From contig CAWCYI010000004.1 of the NCBI GenBank assembly GCA_963799845.1, forward strand, positions 448,001-512,000: DNA of 64,000 nucleotides. The letters run 5' to 3'. The notes below the pieces were generated by a model. The model worked only from the letters and a program-made list of their open reading frames with translations, ran no database searches and was not told the DNA's origin. Each line of letters begins with the position of its first letter. Position 1 is the first letter of the stretch. Source of the DNA: an uncultured Nitrososphaerota archaeon. Its GTDB lineage: Archaea > Thermoproteota > Nitrososphaeria > Nitrososphaerales > CADDZS01. Shown one piece after another: positions 1 to 9,852 of the stretch. Position numbers and translations under genes: made by a program.

Positions 1-459
1 GCGTCTCTTTCGGCTGGCGCGGTCGGGGGCTGCGAGCTGGCTCTGGAAACGATGATAGATTGGGCTCGAGAACATCCGAAATTGGGGTCCATGCAATCGA
101 TCCAGTGGATGATTGCGGACACTGCAATCGACGCGCATGTTTCTCGTCTGATGAGCTACGAGTCCCTTGAAGAAGTGGGAGTTTACTTCGACCGGTTATC
201 GAGGGGAGAGAAAATTCCGCGAACGGAGCGTGAAACGATTTCAAGACACACAGCCATGGCGAAAGCGTTCTGTTCCGAAGCGGCAACGAGATCAGTTGAA
301 AGGGCGATCCAAGTAATGGGAGCTGAGGGATACGTCGAGGGAAACGGACTCGAACGTGCCTACCGTGATTCCGTAATCGCGGAGATTTACGAGGGGACGA
401 ACGACATTCAGCGACTGGTGATAGCGCGGGATCTGATTGGTTCTGCACCTGCAAACTAG
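1..459 (+). CDS. Acyl-CoA dehydrogenase, C-terminal part (5' end outside window)
   Basis: AMAKAFCSE, AIQVMGAEGY and RAYRDSVIAEIYEGTNDIQRLVIAR match the acyl-CoA dehydrogenase C-terminal signature. Confidence 0.9.
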   Translation, partial: ASLSAGAVGGCELALETMIDWAREHPKLGSMQSIQWMIADTAIDAHVSRLMSYESLEEVGVYFDRLSRGEKIPRTERETISRHTAMAKAFCSEAATRSVERAIQVMGAEGYVEGNGLERAYRDSVIAEIYEGTNDIQRLVIARDLIGSAPAN

Positions 460-487
460 CCTTTTTGAAAGGTAAGCGTCCCTCCAG

Positions 488-1111
488 TTGACAGAGAATA
501 ATCGGATTCTGGTTTACGTCCAGGCGATACCTTCCTCATTGCCGACTTCTCTCAAACAATTTTCAGATCTTGAAACATGCGACTTTCAAATGTCGCACTC
601 GAGCAAGGTCGCACTTGCGTTTGCTACCTCGCTTGGTTTTCCGGAAATAATCGCTGCGGGGTTCTCTCCGATTCTGCAGGAGGCACTGGCTAGAGGCGGA
701 ACCGGTTACCATTCCATGCCGCTTTGCGACGATCCCCTGGAGCAAATTTCATTTTTTCCAAAAGACGAATTCTCGAACATCATCGTCGGTGAAAATCCAG
801 ATTGGGTATTCTCTGGGGCATCTCTTTGCGGAGCTATAATTGGAACGAAAGGATTCGATCTCTCCCCCGTATCGAAAAACTTACCTCAAAGATCCGTTTT
901 GGTGGTTCCGGATTCTGGGGAAGAGAGTGCCGGCGTTGATATTAGAAGGATAAATTTCTCTACTTCTTCCAGCGTCAACCCGGAAGGGATTCTTGGCGCA
1001 TCAATCTTTGCAAAATCGGAGACCAAGAGACCGGAACTTGTGATCGGATCTCCAAGCGAAATTATCTCGTTACTATCAAGACGAATCCGGAGGCTCGTGA
1101 TCGACGAATAA
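488..1111 (+). CDS. Highly divergent ETF beta-subunit-like protein
   Basis: Follows the ACAD; ILVYVQAIP start and LQEALARGGT resemble ETF-beta LREALAMGAD; weak similarity only. Confidence 0.5.
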   Translation: MTENNRILVYVQAIPSSLPTSLKQFSDLETCDFQMSHSSKVALAFATSLGFPEIIAAGFSPILQEALARGGTGYHSMPLCDDPLEQISFFPKDEFSNIIVGENPDWVFSGASLCGAIIGTKGFDLSPVSKNLPQRSVLVVPDSGEESAGVDIRRINFSTSSSVNPEGILGASIFAKSETKRPELVIGSPSEIISLLSRRIRRLVIDE

Positions 1112-1942
1112 TGATCGTCGTCTTTTGCGAGCAGGGAGGATCAAGGCTCCTCGGTAAGGCGAGAGAGCTTGCTGATGCAACAGGCGATAAATTACTGGCA
1201 CTTACTTCCGAAAGTATCCGAGGATTTGCAGCTGCGTTTGATTCATCTTGGTGCGGATGAAGTTGTCAGTTGCTCGATTGAGAACTCGAGCGATTGGATC
1301 CTTGTGATTTCTGAGGTTATTCGATCGGAATCAAATGTGAGGATGGTCATTTTTCCATCGAATTCATCCGCGAACATTCTAATGGGTATCTTATACTCCA
1401 GCGTCAAAGTAAAAATTTCTTCCTTTCTCGATGGAGCAAAAGCCATCGATGCAGACTCGATTTCAAAACAATTTGAGGACTCCTTCTTTCTGCAGAAGCG
1501 ATTGAGCCCAGACAAGACGGCACTTGTTTCTCTTAAACTAACGTCTTTCGCAGAACCATTCGAGGACGCCTCACGCTATGGAAAGATAAGATCTATCCCC
1601 AGAGTGAATTCGGAAAGGGTAATTCCTTTTCCCCTGACATCGGATTCTTCAAGCAAACTTACCGTGCTGGTCGGAAGGGGAACCAGTGAAAAGACTTTGA
1701 ATCCGGCAAAGCGCCTAGCCGAAAAATATCATGGGGAGATGAAGCCCAGTTCCGGGAAGGTAGAGGTCATCTATGGCCCTTGCATTGCCGTGGAGATATC
1801 CACAAGGCTAAGAGAATTACCGGAGTTCAAAGGGGAATTGATTTCGATTGCCGAGAAAAATCTGCCAATCGGCACTATCGCCGAAGTGGCAGTAGTTACT
1901 CCTGAACTCGATTCCGTGCTGGAAGGCTTAGCTTCAGACTAG
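1111..1942 (+). CDS. Divergent ETF alpha-subunit-like protein (frameshift near 1210)
   Basis: ATG at 1111 overlaps the upstream stop and reads MIVVFCEQGGSRLLGKARELAD; continues in the ORF-track frame as LIHLGADEV...VLVGRG...CIAVEIS. Confidence 0.6.
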
Positions 1943-2793
1943 TGGTATTCATAGAATCCCTTTCCCGTCTTTCGACCCAAGTAACCCGCCCTGACCATCC
2001 TCCGGAGCAGCGGGCTGGCGCGGTATTTGGGATCTTGAAACTCCCTGTAAAGCACTTCCATAACGTCCAACACTATATCGAGCCCCACAAAGTCTGCAAG
2101 CTCGAGGGGACCCATTGGGTGATTCATACCCAGCTTCATCACAGTGTCAATGTCTTCTCTACTCGCCACGCCCTCTTCCAGCGCAAAGATTGCCTCGTTT
2201 ATCATTGGACACAAGACTCTGTTAGAAACGAATCCAGCTGAATCTTTGACGACTACGGCTGTTTTTCCCAGCTTCGAGCTCACTTCTTGAATTGCAGCAA
2301 CGGTGTCATCCGAAGTCTGCAGGGCGCGCACTATCTCAACGAGTTTCATGAGCGGAACGGGATTGAAAAAATGCATTCCGACGACTCGCAGTGGATTCGA
2401 GACGAGGCTCGCGAGATAGGTAATTGGAATCGAAGAAGTGTTACTTGCGAGTATACAATCAGTTGAGCAGATTTTGTCAAGCCTCCGAAACACTTCGCTC
2501 TTTACTTCGATCTTCTCCAAGGCAGCTTCGACGACCAGCTCGCAATCGTTGAACTCCGGCAGATCAGGAGTCGGCCTGATTTTGGATTCAATTTGTTTTT
2601 TCTGAATTTCAGAGAGCCTACCTTTTTGAACGGATCGAGTCAAATTCTCGTCAATCCTTTTCATTCCCTTATTCACGAATTCTAGACTTACGTCGTTAAG
2701 CTTCACGTCGAAACCTCCCTGCGCAAATACCTGGGCTATTCCATGCCCCATCGATCCGGCTCCCACTACACCAACTTTTGCAACGCGCTGCAT
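1939..2793 (-). CDS. hbd: 3-hydroxybutyryl/3-hydroxyacyl-CoA dehydrogenase
   Basis: VVGAGSMGHGIA, ASNTSS, GMHFFNP, HPMGPLELADFVGLD, GRKTGKGFY. Confidence 0.95.
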   Translation of the reverse strand: MQRVAKVGVVGAGSMGHGIAQVFAQGGFDVKLNDVSLEFVNKGMKRIDENLTRSVQKGRLSEIQKKQIESKIRPTPDLPEFNDCELVVEAALEKIEVKSEVFRRLDKICSTDCILASNTSSIPITYLASLVSNPLRVVGMHFFNPVPLMKLVEIVRALQTSDDTVAAIQEVSSKLGKTAVVVKDSAGFVSNRVLCPMINEAIFALEEGVASREDIDTVMKLGMNHPMGPLELADFVGLDIVLDVMEVLYREFQDPKYRASPLLRRMVRAGYLGRKTGKGFYEYH

Positions 2794-2899
2794 TCTTGTT
2801 TATCGGGCATTAGGGATCTAGGGTGGAGATTTCACTCTTTTGACTTAGCTATAATAGCAGGATTAGAAATGATCTTGCAATCGGGAGTTTTTCGAGACT

Positions 2900-3946
2900 A
2901 TGCTTTACTTTGTTGGATTAGGGATCGAACAGTCACTGTCGGTAAAATCGGTGAACGAATTACGCACATGCGAAGTTGTGTACCTCGAAAGCTATACTTC
3001 CCCAAGTGTCAATGGTGAAACGATCTCCCAGATTTCGAATCTGCTAGGTCCTGCAAGAGTTGAAGTGGTAAAGCGGGAGTTGGTGGAAGATGGAAGAAAA
3101 ATTCTGGAAATCTCAAAACGTACTGATGTCGCCTTACTCTGTTCCGGCGACCCGATGGTTGCGACGACCCATCAGGAGCTCAGGACTAGGGCTGTCAGAG
3201 AGGGAATTACCACCAAGATAATTCACGGCTCGTCGATACTTTGCTCGGTTGGCGGAGAACTCGGGCTGCACTCCTACAATTTCGGCCGCGTGGTAACGAT
3301 GACAAGGGAGCCTATGCAATACACCGCTTACAACACAATTTTTGATAATCTCTTTCGGGGACTGCACACGACTATCCTTTTGGAATGGAACGAAACTCAA
3401 AATTTCTTCCTAGGTCCGGCTTCGGCAACTAAGAGTCTCGAAGATGCGGAGAGAGATCTTAGGCAAGAGATTTTGGATTCGTCGACCCTGATCCTGGTCG
3501 CCTCCAGACTGGGTTCTGATTCAGCGAAAATATGGGCGCTGACTCTTGATGGGCTGAAGAGAATGGACCTCGGGCCCCCACCTCACGTTCTCGTTATACC
3601 TGGGAGATTACACTTTACGGAGCTCGAGGCTCTGGGTGCATTATTCGGTCGAAGCGTAGATTCTTTTCCGGACAATTCCAAGCGAATACTAAGATTATCG
3701 AGGAGAATGGTGGAGAAATATACAAAGAAGACCATGATCGCCCTTGCCGGAGCAAAGAAAGCGTCCGAATCCTCTGATCGGAAAATAAATTTCGCGGATA
3801 TCTTCGAAAATGTGGAATGCTACACCAGGGACTCGGAGCGATTCCTGAACGAGGGCAGAGACGAACTTGCCGTACTAAGCATAGGCTATGCGGAGGGCCT
3901 TCTGGACTCTCTCAGGTTTGGTGGCCAGCTGGAATTCGACTGGTAA
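2900..3946 (+). CDS. dph5: Diphthine synthase with C-terminal DUF357-like domain
   Basis: MLYFVGLG, YLESYTS, GDPMVATTH, GLHSYNFG, GLHT; C-terminal YTRDSERF...YAEGLLDSLR. Confidence 0.93.
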   Translation: MLYFVGLGIEQSLSVKSVNELRTCEVVYLESYTSPSVNGETISQISNLLGPARVEVVKRELVEDGRKILEISKRTDVALLCSGDPMVATTHQELRTRAVREGITTKIIHGSSILCSVGGELGLHSYNFGRVVTMTREPMQYTAYNTIFDNLFRGLHTTILLEWNETQNFFLGPASATKSLEDAERDLRQEILDSSTLILVASRLGSDSAKIWALTLDGLKRMDLGPPPHVLVIPGRLHFTELEALGALFGRSVDSFPDNSKRILRLSRRMVEKYTKKTMIALAGAKKASESSDRKINFADIFENVECYTRDSERFLNEGRDELAVLSIGYAEGLLDSLRFGGQLEFDW

Positions 3947-3949
3947 ATT

Positions 3950-4924
3950 TTACCTGAATTGTATGAGATACATCAAGAGAAGAGCCCCAAGTCCCAAAAG
4001 AATTGGAACCGGGAGACCCGGCGCAACCTCCCTGTTTCTGAACACATAGAACGATAAAACCAGTCCAATGTCTAGAACGACCATAACGACGAAGAACGCC
4101 AGCACGCTTACGAGAATCAGAGCGATCGCAGGAACCATCGTATAGAATGCAATGTCGGCCATCCCGATTTCGATTTTTCCGAAATTTATAGTCAGGAGTC
4201 CAAAGTCTGGCCACTTGCCCAGCCTAGATTTCCTGATCGGCTTTGATTGCTCCTTCGGCTTTGCGTCACTCTCCTTCTTCACTTGGCTCTCCGCATCTCC
4301 GACCTGCTTCACCAGTTTCCCCAGGCGGCCGTAATAGATTGCGTAGATGTCGAACACTGAATAGACAGTGGGCACAATCCAATTTAGAGGAGCTTGCAGC
4401 AGGATCGGAAACGAGCTACCGAGCTCCAAAGCAAGGAAGAGCGCAAGAAGGTTTACGATCTTGGGGTAACCGCGGGCCGCCGCCACAATCGTAATGACCG
4501 ACGCAACAATGCCCGCGACAACTGGTAGAATAGAATACAGCCCCGCGATAAATGAAAAATACAGAAGAGTCACGTTGAAGATCAAGAACACGCTGATCAC
4601 TATCGAAAACCACTTCATCCGCTTTCTTCTGTAGAGGAAAGCGAGCATAGAAACGACCGCGATGTTCGCTATCACGAATACCGCCGCAAGAAGTAGAGAC
4701 GGATCTAACCCATTCCCTGCCGGATTAACAAACTGAGGTGTGGTACTCGGGACCGATATGCTCTGATTCAATTGCGTTGGAACGACGACAACCTGAGAGG
4801 GAGAGCTGGGATTTGTCCCAGCGATCCCTGTTGCGACGCGAAGGAGCGTTAACAGAGAAATGATCTGGAATAATATGGAAAATCCGAGGAGAAGCGCCTC
4901 GCTACGATCTATGATTTGCTTCAG
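3950..4924 (-). CDS. Presenilin/SPP-like (GxGD clan) intramembrane aspartyl protease
   Basis: Multi-TM; VFDIYAIY, IGMADIAFY and APGLP motifs; frame stays open upstream of the ORF-track start (4771), so the start is uncertain. Confidence 0.75.
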   Translation of the reverse strand: MKQIIDRSEALLLGFSILFQIISLLTLLRVATGIAGTNPSSPSQVVVVPTQLNQSISVPSTTPQFVNPAGNGLDPSLLLAAVFVIANIAVVSMLAFLYRRKRMKWFSIVISVFLIFNVTLLYFSFIAGLYSILPVVAGIVASVITIVAAARGYPKIVNLLALFLALELGSSFPILLQAPLNWIVPTVYSVFDIYAIYYGRLGKLVKQVGDAESQVKKESDAKPKEQSKPIRKSRLGKWPDFGLLTINFGKIEIGMADIAFYTMVPAIALILVSVLAFFVVMVVLDIGLVLSFYVFRNREVAPGLPVPILLGLGALLLMYLIQFR

Positions 4925-4962
4925 CTGACTTCCCTTCTGGAAATAATTTCTTCGGGAGACTC

Positions 4963-6225
4963 TTAACGATTGTTGAGTGGTACTAGTGGAAGATCTTTCA
5001 TTTTATTGATCTCGTGGTAAAGAGAAATGAGGTAGACGAACGAAAAGAGGGTGAACAGGAGCCCGCTAGCTACCATTATTCCGTATCGCAATTCACCAAG
5101 TTTCCCACTCACAAACATAGTGTCGAGGATTTCGTAATGGATAGAGAGTGGCTCAAGAAATCTTGTAAAGTACGTGTTGTTTGCGATCAGGAAAGCAAGC
5201 GAGGATATCCAAACTGCGTGGAATAGGCCTCTTCTTCTCTTTGACTCCATAACGTAATAGTCTACAAGCCCGAGTCCAAGAAAGTAGATCGTGTACTGCT
5301 CGTTCACGATGGATTTTGTAAGAAAGAATACAAGCGTCACAAATAGAAGCGAGAGACTGACGTTCCGAGTAATGTTTTCTTTTCCTCGAACTCTGAGAGT
5401 ACAGAAGATCGAAGCAATCAACACGGCTGGGATCCAAAGGTAAGCCAAAGTACCTAACAAATTTAGGATGGCAGGAGAAATATTGCGATAAGCATTGTAT
5501 ACGGAGAGGACAACCCAGTAGTTCATGCTATTTCCGATTTTATTTACGACGTTGACTCCGACTCCCTGAAGCTGCGACAACTTCCACTTCGTGAAAAAAA
5601 GATAGGGCAGGAGAGCAAAGAAGATGGATGATCCGACGGAGACAATAAAAAAAGTCGCTATTTTTGTCTTTGAGGTTTGGACTAATGCCAAGATTGGAAA
5701 ATAGATTAGAGGGATGACCTTGAGGAGAAAGCCAAGTGCCTCCATCAGTGCGCTTTTCTTGGTTTCATTCAAGACAAGGATTGAACCAAGCACCAGAACC
5801 ATTATGATTTGGTCGAACATGCCCCAGACGGAAGAGATGATTATCGTGAAGGGGCAGAGCATCCAGAATGAAAACGCTCTAACTCCAGATTCAACATTTT
5901 TCAAATCCGAGATCATCCCCATCAGCAAATAACCCGTTAGCAAATCCGCGATTATCATTGGCTGCTTCACGATGTAGTAGTAGACAAACCGGTCATTTAT
6001 TCCGGACAAGAGATAGATCTTGTATAGTCCCGCCTGAAAGAAAGCCCAAGTCGGAGGATACCCGATCCAGGTCATGTACTGAGCTCCCGGAAAACTAAGA
6101 TTCGGTATCGGGGCGGTGATAGAATATGGATCATTCCCACGCGAAACGTAATACCCGATTCGGAGCCAAAGCTCAAAGTCGAACGGATGGCCAGTGAACG
6201 GAGCCAGCACCTCTCGAATCGTCAA
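4963..6225 (-). CDS. GT-C fold membrane glycosyltransferase (PIG-M/GT87-like)
   Basis: GHPFD, GYPP, VKQPMIIAD, SSVWGMFDQI, VNEQY; many TM helices. Confidence 0.75.
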   Translation of the reverse strand: MTIREVLAPFTGHPFDFELWLRIGYYVSRGNDPYSITAPIPNLSFPGAQYMTWIGYPPTWAFFQAGLYKIYLLSGINDRFVYYYIVKQPMIIADLLTGYLLMGMISDLKNVESGVRAFSFWMLCPFTIIISSVWGMFDQIIMVLVLGSILVLNETKKSALMEALGFLLKVIPLIYFPILALVQTSKTKIATFFIVSVGSSIFFALLPYLFFTKWKLSQLQGVGVNVVNKIGNSMNYWVVLSVYNAYRNISPAILNLLGTLAYLWIPAVLIASIFCTLRVRGKENITRNVSLSLLFVTLVFFLTKSIVNEQYTIYFLGLGLVDYYVMESKRRRGLFHAVWISSLAFLIANNTYFTRFLEPLSIHYEILDTMFVSGKLGELRYGIMVASGLLFTLFSFVYLISLYHEINKMKDLPLVPLNNR

Positions 6226-6382
6226 ACCCGCAACGAGTGCAAGAGTGATCTTTGAACCTGTTTTCAGTCCCGAGGCTACCTTCTTTTGGACAAAAGTGCG
6301 GGTCTAGTTCGAAATAGGCACTGTTAAGCTTTTTATCGAGTCGGCAATCTTTTGCATGCTCAGATTCTGGAAAAGTTTTTTA

Positions 6383-6394
6383 CTACAGCAGTAG
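6383..6394. promoter_or_regulatory. Putative BlaI-type operator CTAC-AGCA-GTAG
   Basis: Palindrome containing TACAgcAGTA, one mismatch to the TACAnnTGTA BlaI/MecI/CopY box; upstream of TATA-like TTTAAA (~6408) and the BlaI-like gene. Confidence 0.45.
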
Positions 6395-6443
6395 GAGATA
6401 TCCAAGATTTAAACTGTCACCAGGAACCACACCAACTAAGCAG

Positions 6444-6827
6444 TTGGAAATAATCGGGGAATTAGAGTCTGACGTCCTTGAGGTATTGAAGACACGTGGC
6501 CAGGGGACGGCCGCAGATGTTATGGAAGTGTTGCAAGGAAAAAGAGAGATCGCCTACACGACCGTGAGCACTACTCTCGATAGGCTGTACAAAAAGAGGC
6601 TCGTCGAGAGAAAGGTGTTGCCCGGTCCGGGAGGAACGAAATACCTCTTTTCGCTAGGAAAGGACGAAAAACTGAAACGGAAAATAGTGGAATCTACTAT
6701 CGATAGGCTAACGAGTGCTTTCGGAGAAACAGCATATTCTGCCATTTATCGAAAATTGGACTCGCTTCCTGAAAGTGAGCTTGATCGGTTGAAAAAGCAG
6801 GTTGACAAAGCGCGGAGGAAAAAGTGA
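6444..6827 (+). CDS. BlaI/MecI/CopY-family transcriptional repressor
   Basis: GELESDVLEVL...IAYTTVSTTLDRLYKK winged-helix signature. Confidence 0.9.
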   Translation: MEIIGELESDVLEVLKTRGQGTAADVMEVLQGKREIAYTTVSTTLDRLYKKRLVERKVLPGPGGTKYLFSLGKDEKLKRKIVESTIDRLTSAFGETAYSAIYRKLDSLPESELDRLKKQVDKARRKK

Positions 6828-6833
6828 TCCCTA

Positions 6834-7799
6834 ATGCTACATTGGAACCCAAGCTTGCTTGACATTCTTGGGGACTATTTCAGGACGAGCTTTGTCGTTG
6901 CTGGTATCGCGGTAGCTGCCGTTGCTCTTGTTGCGTCAATATCGGTCTTCGTCTTCGCTCGAAATCATAACACAAAAAGTTTGTCTCTACTTACCACGAT
7001 GGGAATTTCTTCGTCTCTTTGGATTTTTATTTTTTCCAGTCTTGCGCTTTGCGTCGGTCTGGTGAAGGAGTACGCTCGTTCGCCCGATGGAACTATTCTA
7101 AACGTGGCCAGACTGGCGCTTCTTCCGACACTAGTTCTCGGCCCGGTTGCATTCTACTTTCTTAGGAAGCGAGCTGTCAAACAAGTCTATCCATTCTTCA
7201 CTCTTGCAATTAAAGGGGATAATTCGGGAACAGACTCTCTTCGAAGAAGAACCTCTTCCCTATTTTCTAATCTCATATCCGGTTCAAGACTATCGGGAAT
7301 TGGTCTTTCGATAGTTCCTGCTCTAACCAATTTACCCGTCTCTGCTGCTCTAGACTGGAAGGGTGAAAAAATTGTTGCCATTTCGGTAAGGACAATTGAA
7401 ACTCTGGACGACGATGAGCTGAAAGCGGTGCTTGCCCACGAAATAGGTCACATCGCACACAGAGATTCCCTTCGCAAAACTATGGCGACCGCATACAAGA
7501 CTGCATTTGTCTTTGATCCGGTTGCCCGTTTCGTAGAAGCTGCAGTTTACAGAGACGGTGAGTTGTATGCTGACGAGTACTCAGCAGAGTTGACTGGCAA
7601 GCCTGCCGCTCTCGCCTCGGCATTGATCAAAATTTACGAGTCATTACGCTCATCTCCCTCCTTAATTCCAAATACCACAGGGCTTTCACTATTGATGAAG
7701 GATCACGATTCCGGTCTATTCAGCAAGCAGCCTTCATTGACGCTCAGGATTAAGAGGCTTCTGGAAATGGAACGGCGTATGCAGGCGGGTTCTTTCTAA
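6834..7799 (+). CDS. M56/M48 membrane zinc metalloprotease (BlaR-like, no penicillin-binding domain)
   Basis: Three N-terminal TMs; AVLAHEIGH, ELYADEYS, ALASALIKI; 6 bp after the BlaI-like gene. Confidence 0.85.
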   Translation: MLHWNPSLLDILGDYFRTSFVVAGIAVAAVALVASISVFVFARNHNTKSLSLLTTMGISSSLWIFIFSSLALCVGLVKEYARSPDGTILNVARLALLPTLVLGPVAFYFLRKRAVKQVYPFFTLAIKGDNSGTDSLRRRTSSLFSNLISGSRLSGIGLSIVPALTNLPVSAALDWKGEKIVAISVRTIETLDDDELKAVLAHEIGHIAHRDSLRKTMATAYKTAFVFDPVARFVEAAVYRDGELYADEYSAELTGKPAALASALIKIYESLRSSPSLIPNTTGLSLLMKDHDSGLFSKQPSLTLRIKRLLEMERRMQAGSF

Positions 7800-7963
7800 G
7801 ACAGGAAAAGCGTTTACTGAAGGAAAAATATGTTACGAGTGCTATAGTAGCAAAAAAAATCCTTTTTGAAATAAGTATATTTACAGCCTATTTGCTAGAC
7901 CAATCCCCTTGAGGACTAGACGTCAATCTAATTCTAGCTCTCATTGAATAAATAGAAAAAAGT

Positions 7964-8902
7964 GTGGATGCAATGCTCGCGCTGCGTCGAATTCAATCGT
8001 TCACGATTGGGATCTGCGCAAGCGATATTGCTGAAAACTTGCCCCGCCTTCTTGAATTGATCCAGTCTGAGAGATTTCCGGAAGATTATCTATTGGAGCG
8101 AGTGGTTATAGTTGCAAGTGGTTGTTCTAAAGCTGCTCTAGACGATGCTCATGCATTCGCCAGATCTGATCGCCGGGTCATTTTATTTGAGGAGCCGATC
8201 AGAAAAGGAAAGGCGGATGCAGTAAACAAGATCATTCAAAACTCGGTAGGAAGCTATCTTGTCTTCATAAACTCCGACGCGCTACCCGACAAGGGCTCTA
8301 TATTCCAACTCCTTTCGGCGATTGAAAAGGACGAGTCGATTGGACTCGTGTCCGGTCGGCCCTCCTTTAGTCAGAGAAGCAGCGCTACATCGCTCATCGA
8401 ACAACTAATGTGGAACGTGCACATCGACTGTTCCTTCAAATTAAATCACATGAATGAAAGCAACCATGGAAGCGATGAGATGATGGTTGTAAGAACTGAC
8501 CTACTCCAGAAACTTCCTATCGGACTGGTAAACGACGGAGCATACATTGCGGGAAAGGCAAGGCTTCGAGGATATTCGATCAAATTTTGCCCCGAAGCAA
8601 CTGTACAGATAGATGTGCCCGCAAGAACGATCGACTTGATAAGACAACGACAAAGGATTATTTTTGGTCACTTTCAAGTCTGGAGGATGACCGGGAAGTC
8701 TCCAAAGACAGTAGAATCGCTCTTGCTCAGTTCTCCTTTTTTCAGTCTGGCAATAGTGGTTCGAGCGGTAGCGAGAACCCCTAGATTTATCAAAGTGATT
8801 CCCTTGGCGTTCATCGTTGAGGTTATTTCGATAGCTCAAGGCTTGAAGGATGCCATTTCATCGACGAAGAAACATGGAGTTTGGGAGAGATATGGAAACT
8901 GA
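7964..8902 (+). CDS. Glycosyltransferase family 2
   Basis: VVIVASGCS, RKGKADAVN, FINSD, VNDGAY, QRQRI. Confidence 0.85.
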   Translation: MDAMLALRRIQSFTIGICASDIAENLPRLLELIQSERFPEDYLLERVVIVASGCSKAALDDAHAFARSDRRVILFEEPIRKGKADAVNKIIQNSVGSYLVFINSDALPDKGSIFQLLSAIEKDESIGLVSGRPSFSQRSSATSLIEQLMWNVHIDCSFKLNHMNESNHGSDEMMVVRTDLLQKLPIGLVNDGAYIAGKARLRGYSIKFCPEATVQIDVPARTIDLIRQRQRIIFGHFQVWRMTGKSPKTVESLLLSSPFFSLAIVVRAVARTPRFIKVIPLAFIVEVISIAQGLKDAISSTKKHGVWERYGN

Positions 8903-9851
8903 AAACCCACAGATATCGCCAATATTGAACGAAAAAACTCTCTTGAATATGAAACTCTTTTGTGATGTTGCCAAGGCGAACGGCGCTTCGGTTTCACTCA
9001 AGGAGTTGATTGAATTAACCTCGATAGATTTTACCGAACAGCAGCTTGCGCAATCGTGGAACGATTACGAAATTCTTTCTTCCCGCTTTAGAATTGCGTC
9101 GGGAATTGTTCTGGAATCACTTGTCGAAGATGATCCAAACAGCGCCAAACTAACTCTTAGAAAGACGGAGGAGATTTCGGAGAATTTCCAAAGAGCGATT
9201 TCCAACATTTCTTTCGCGACCCGATTTGGCTCGTTTCTTGGATCTGATAGCTTCAAGGTTCTTTCGATCAGCGGCTCAACGTCTTATCTCTCGGCTTCGA
9301 AAACGGACGACCTCGATTTCTTCTGCATCTCGGAGTCCGGTAGGATGTGGAAAAGTTTTGTCAAGTCTCTAATTCTCGCGAGATCGTTCCGACTGCTGCA
9401 AAAGGATTCGCCTTGGTTGTGCCTCAGCTACGTTGCCGACGAACAGTTTGCAAAGCGCGAATTTGCCAGCAGTCGCGACGGATTATTTGCAAGAGATGCA
9501 ATTTCCGCCCGAGTTATTCATGGAGAAGAGTACTACTCGAATCTTCTTAGAGAAAATTCTTGGATGGCCGAATACTTTCCAAAGTTATACAGCCTGCAAA
9601 TAGCCAAATCTTCGAACGCGGTGAAAGCGATGAAGAGAGATTCTACTTTTGCTAGGATTGTCAATTTGTTTCTTTATTACACAGCTGGATCTTACATCAA
9701 GCTAAAATCGTATCTTCTAAACAGAAAGTTTTCCAGAGATCGGAAAATTTCCTCCCTCTTCAAATTGAGGATCGGTGTAGACCACTGCGTCTACGAATCT
9801 CAGGATTACCTGAGACTCCGAAAAATGTACGCAGCGTTTAGAGCATCGTAG
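8892..9851 (+). CDS. Pol-beta superfamily nucleotidyltransferase-like protein
   Basis: ISGSTSY...DDLDFF (GS + DxD); likely start at ATG 8892 overlapping the GT2 stop. Confidence 0.55.
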   Translation: METENPQISPILNEKTLLNMKLFCDVAKANGASVSLKELIELTSIDFTEQQLAQSWNDYEILSSRFRIASGIVLESLVEDDPNSAKLTLRKTEEISENFQRAISNISFATRFGSFLGSDSFKVLSISGSTSYLSASKTDDLDFFCISESGRMWKSFVKSLILARSFRLLQKDSPWLCLSYVADEQFAKREFASSRDGLFARDAISARVIHGEEYYSNLLRENSWMAEYFPKLYSLQIAKSSNAVKAMKRDSTFARIVNLFLYYTAGSYIKLKSYLLNRKFSRDRKISSLFKLRIGVDHCVYESQDYLRLRKMYAAFRAS

Positions 9852-9852
9852 A

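Noticed and set aside
6444-6827. CopY copper sensor
   Set aside because: The protein has no Cys, so no C-terminal CxC motif
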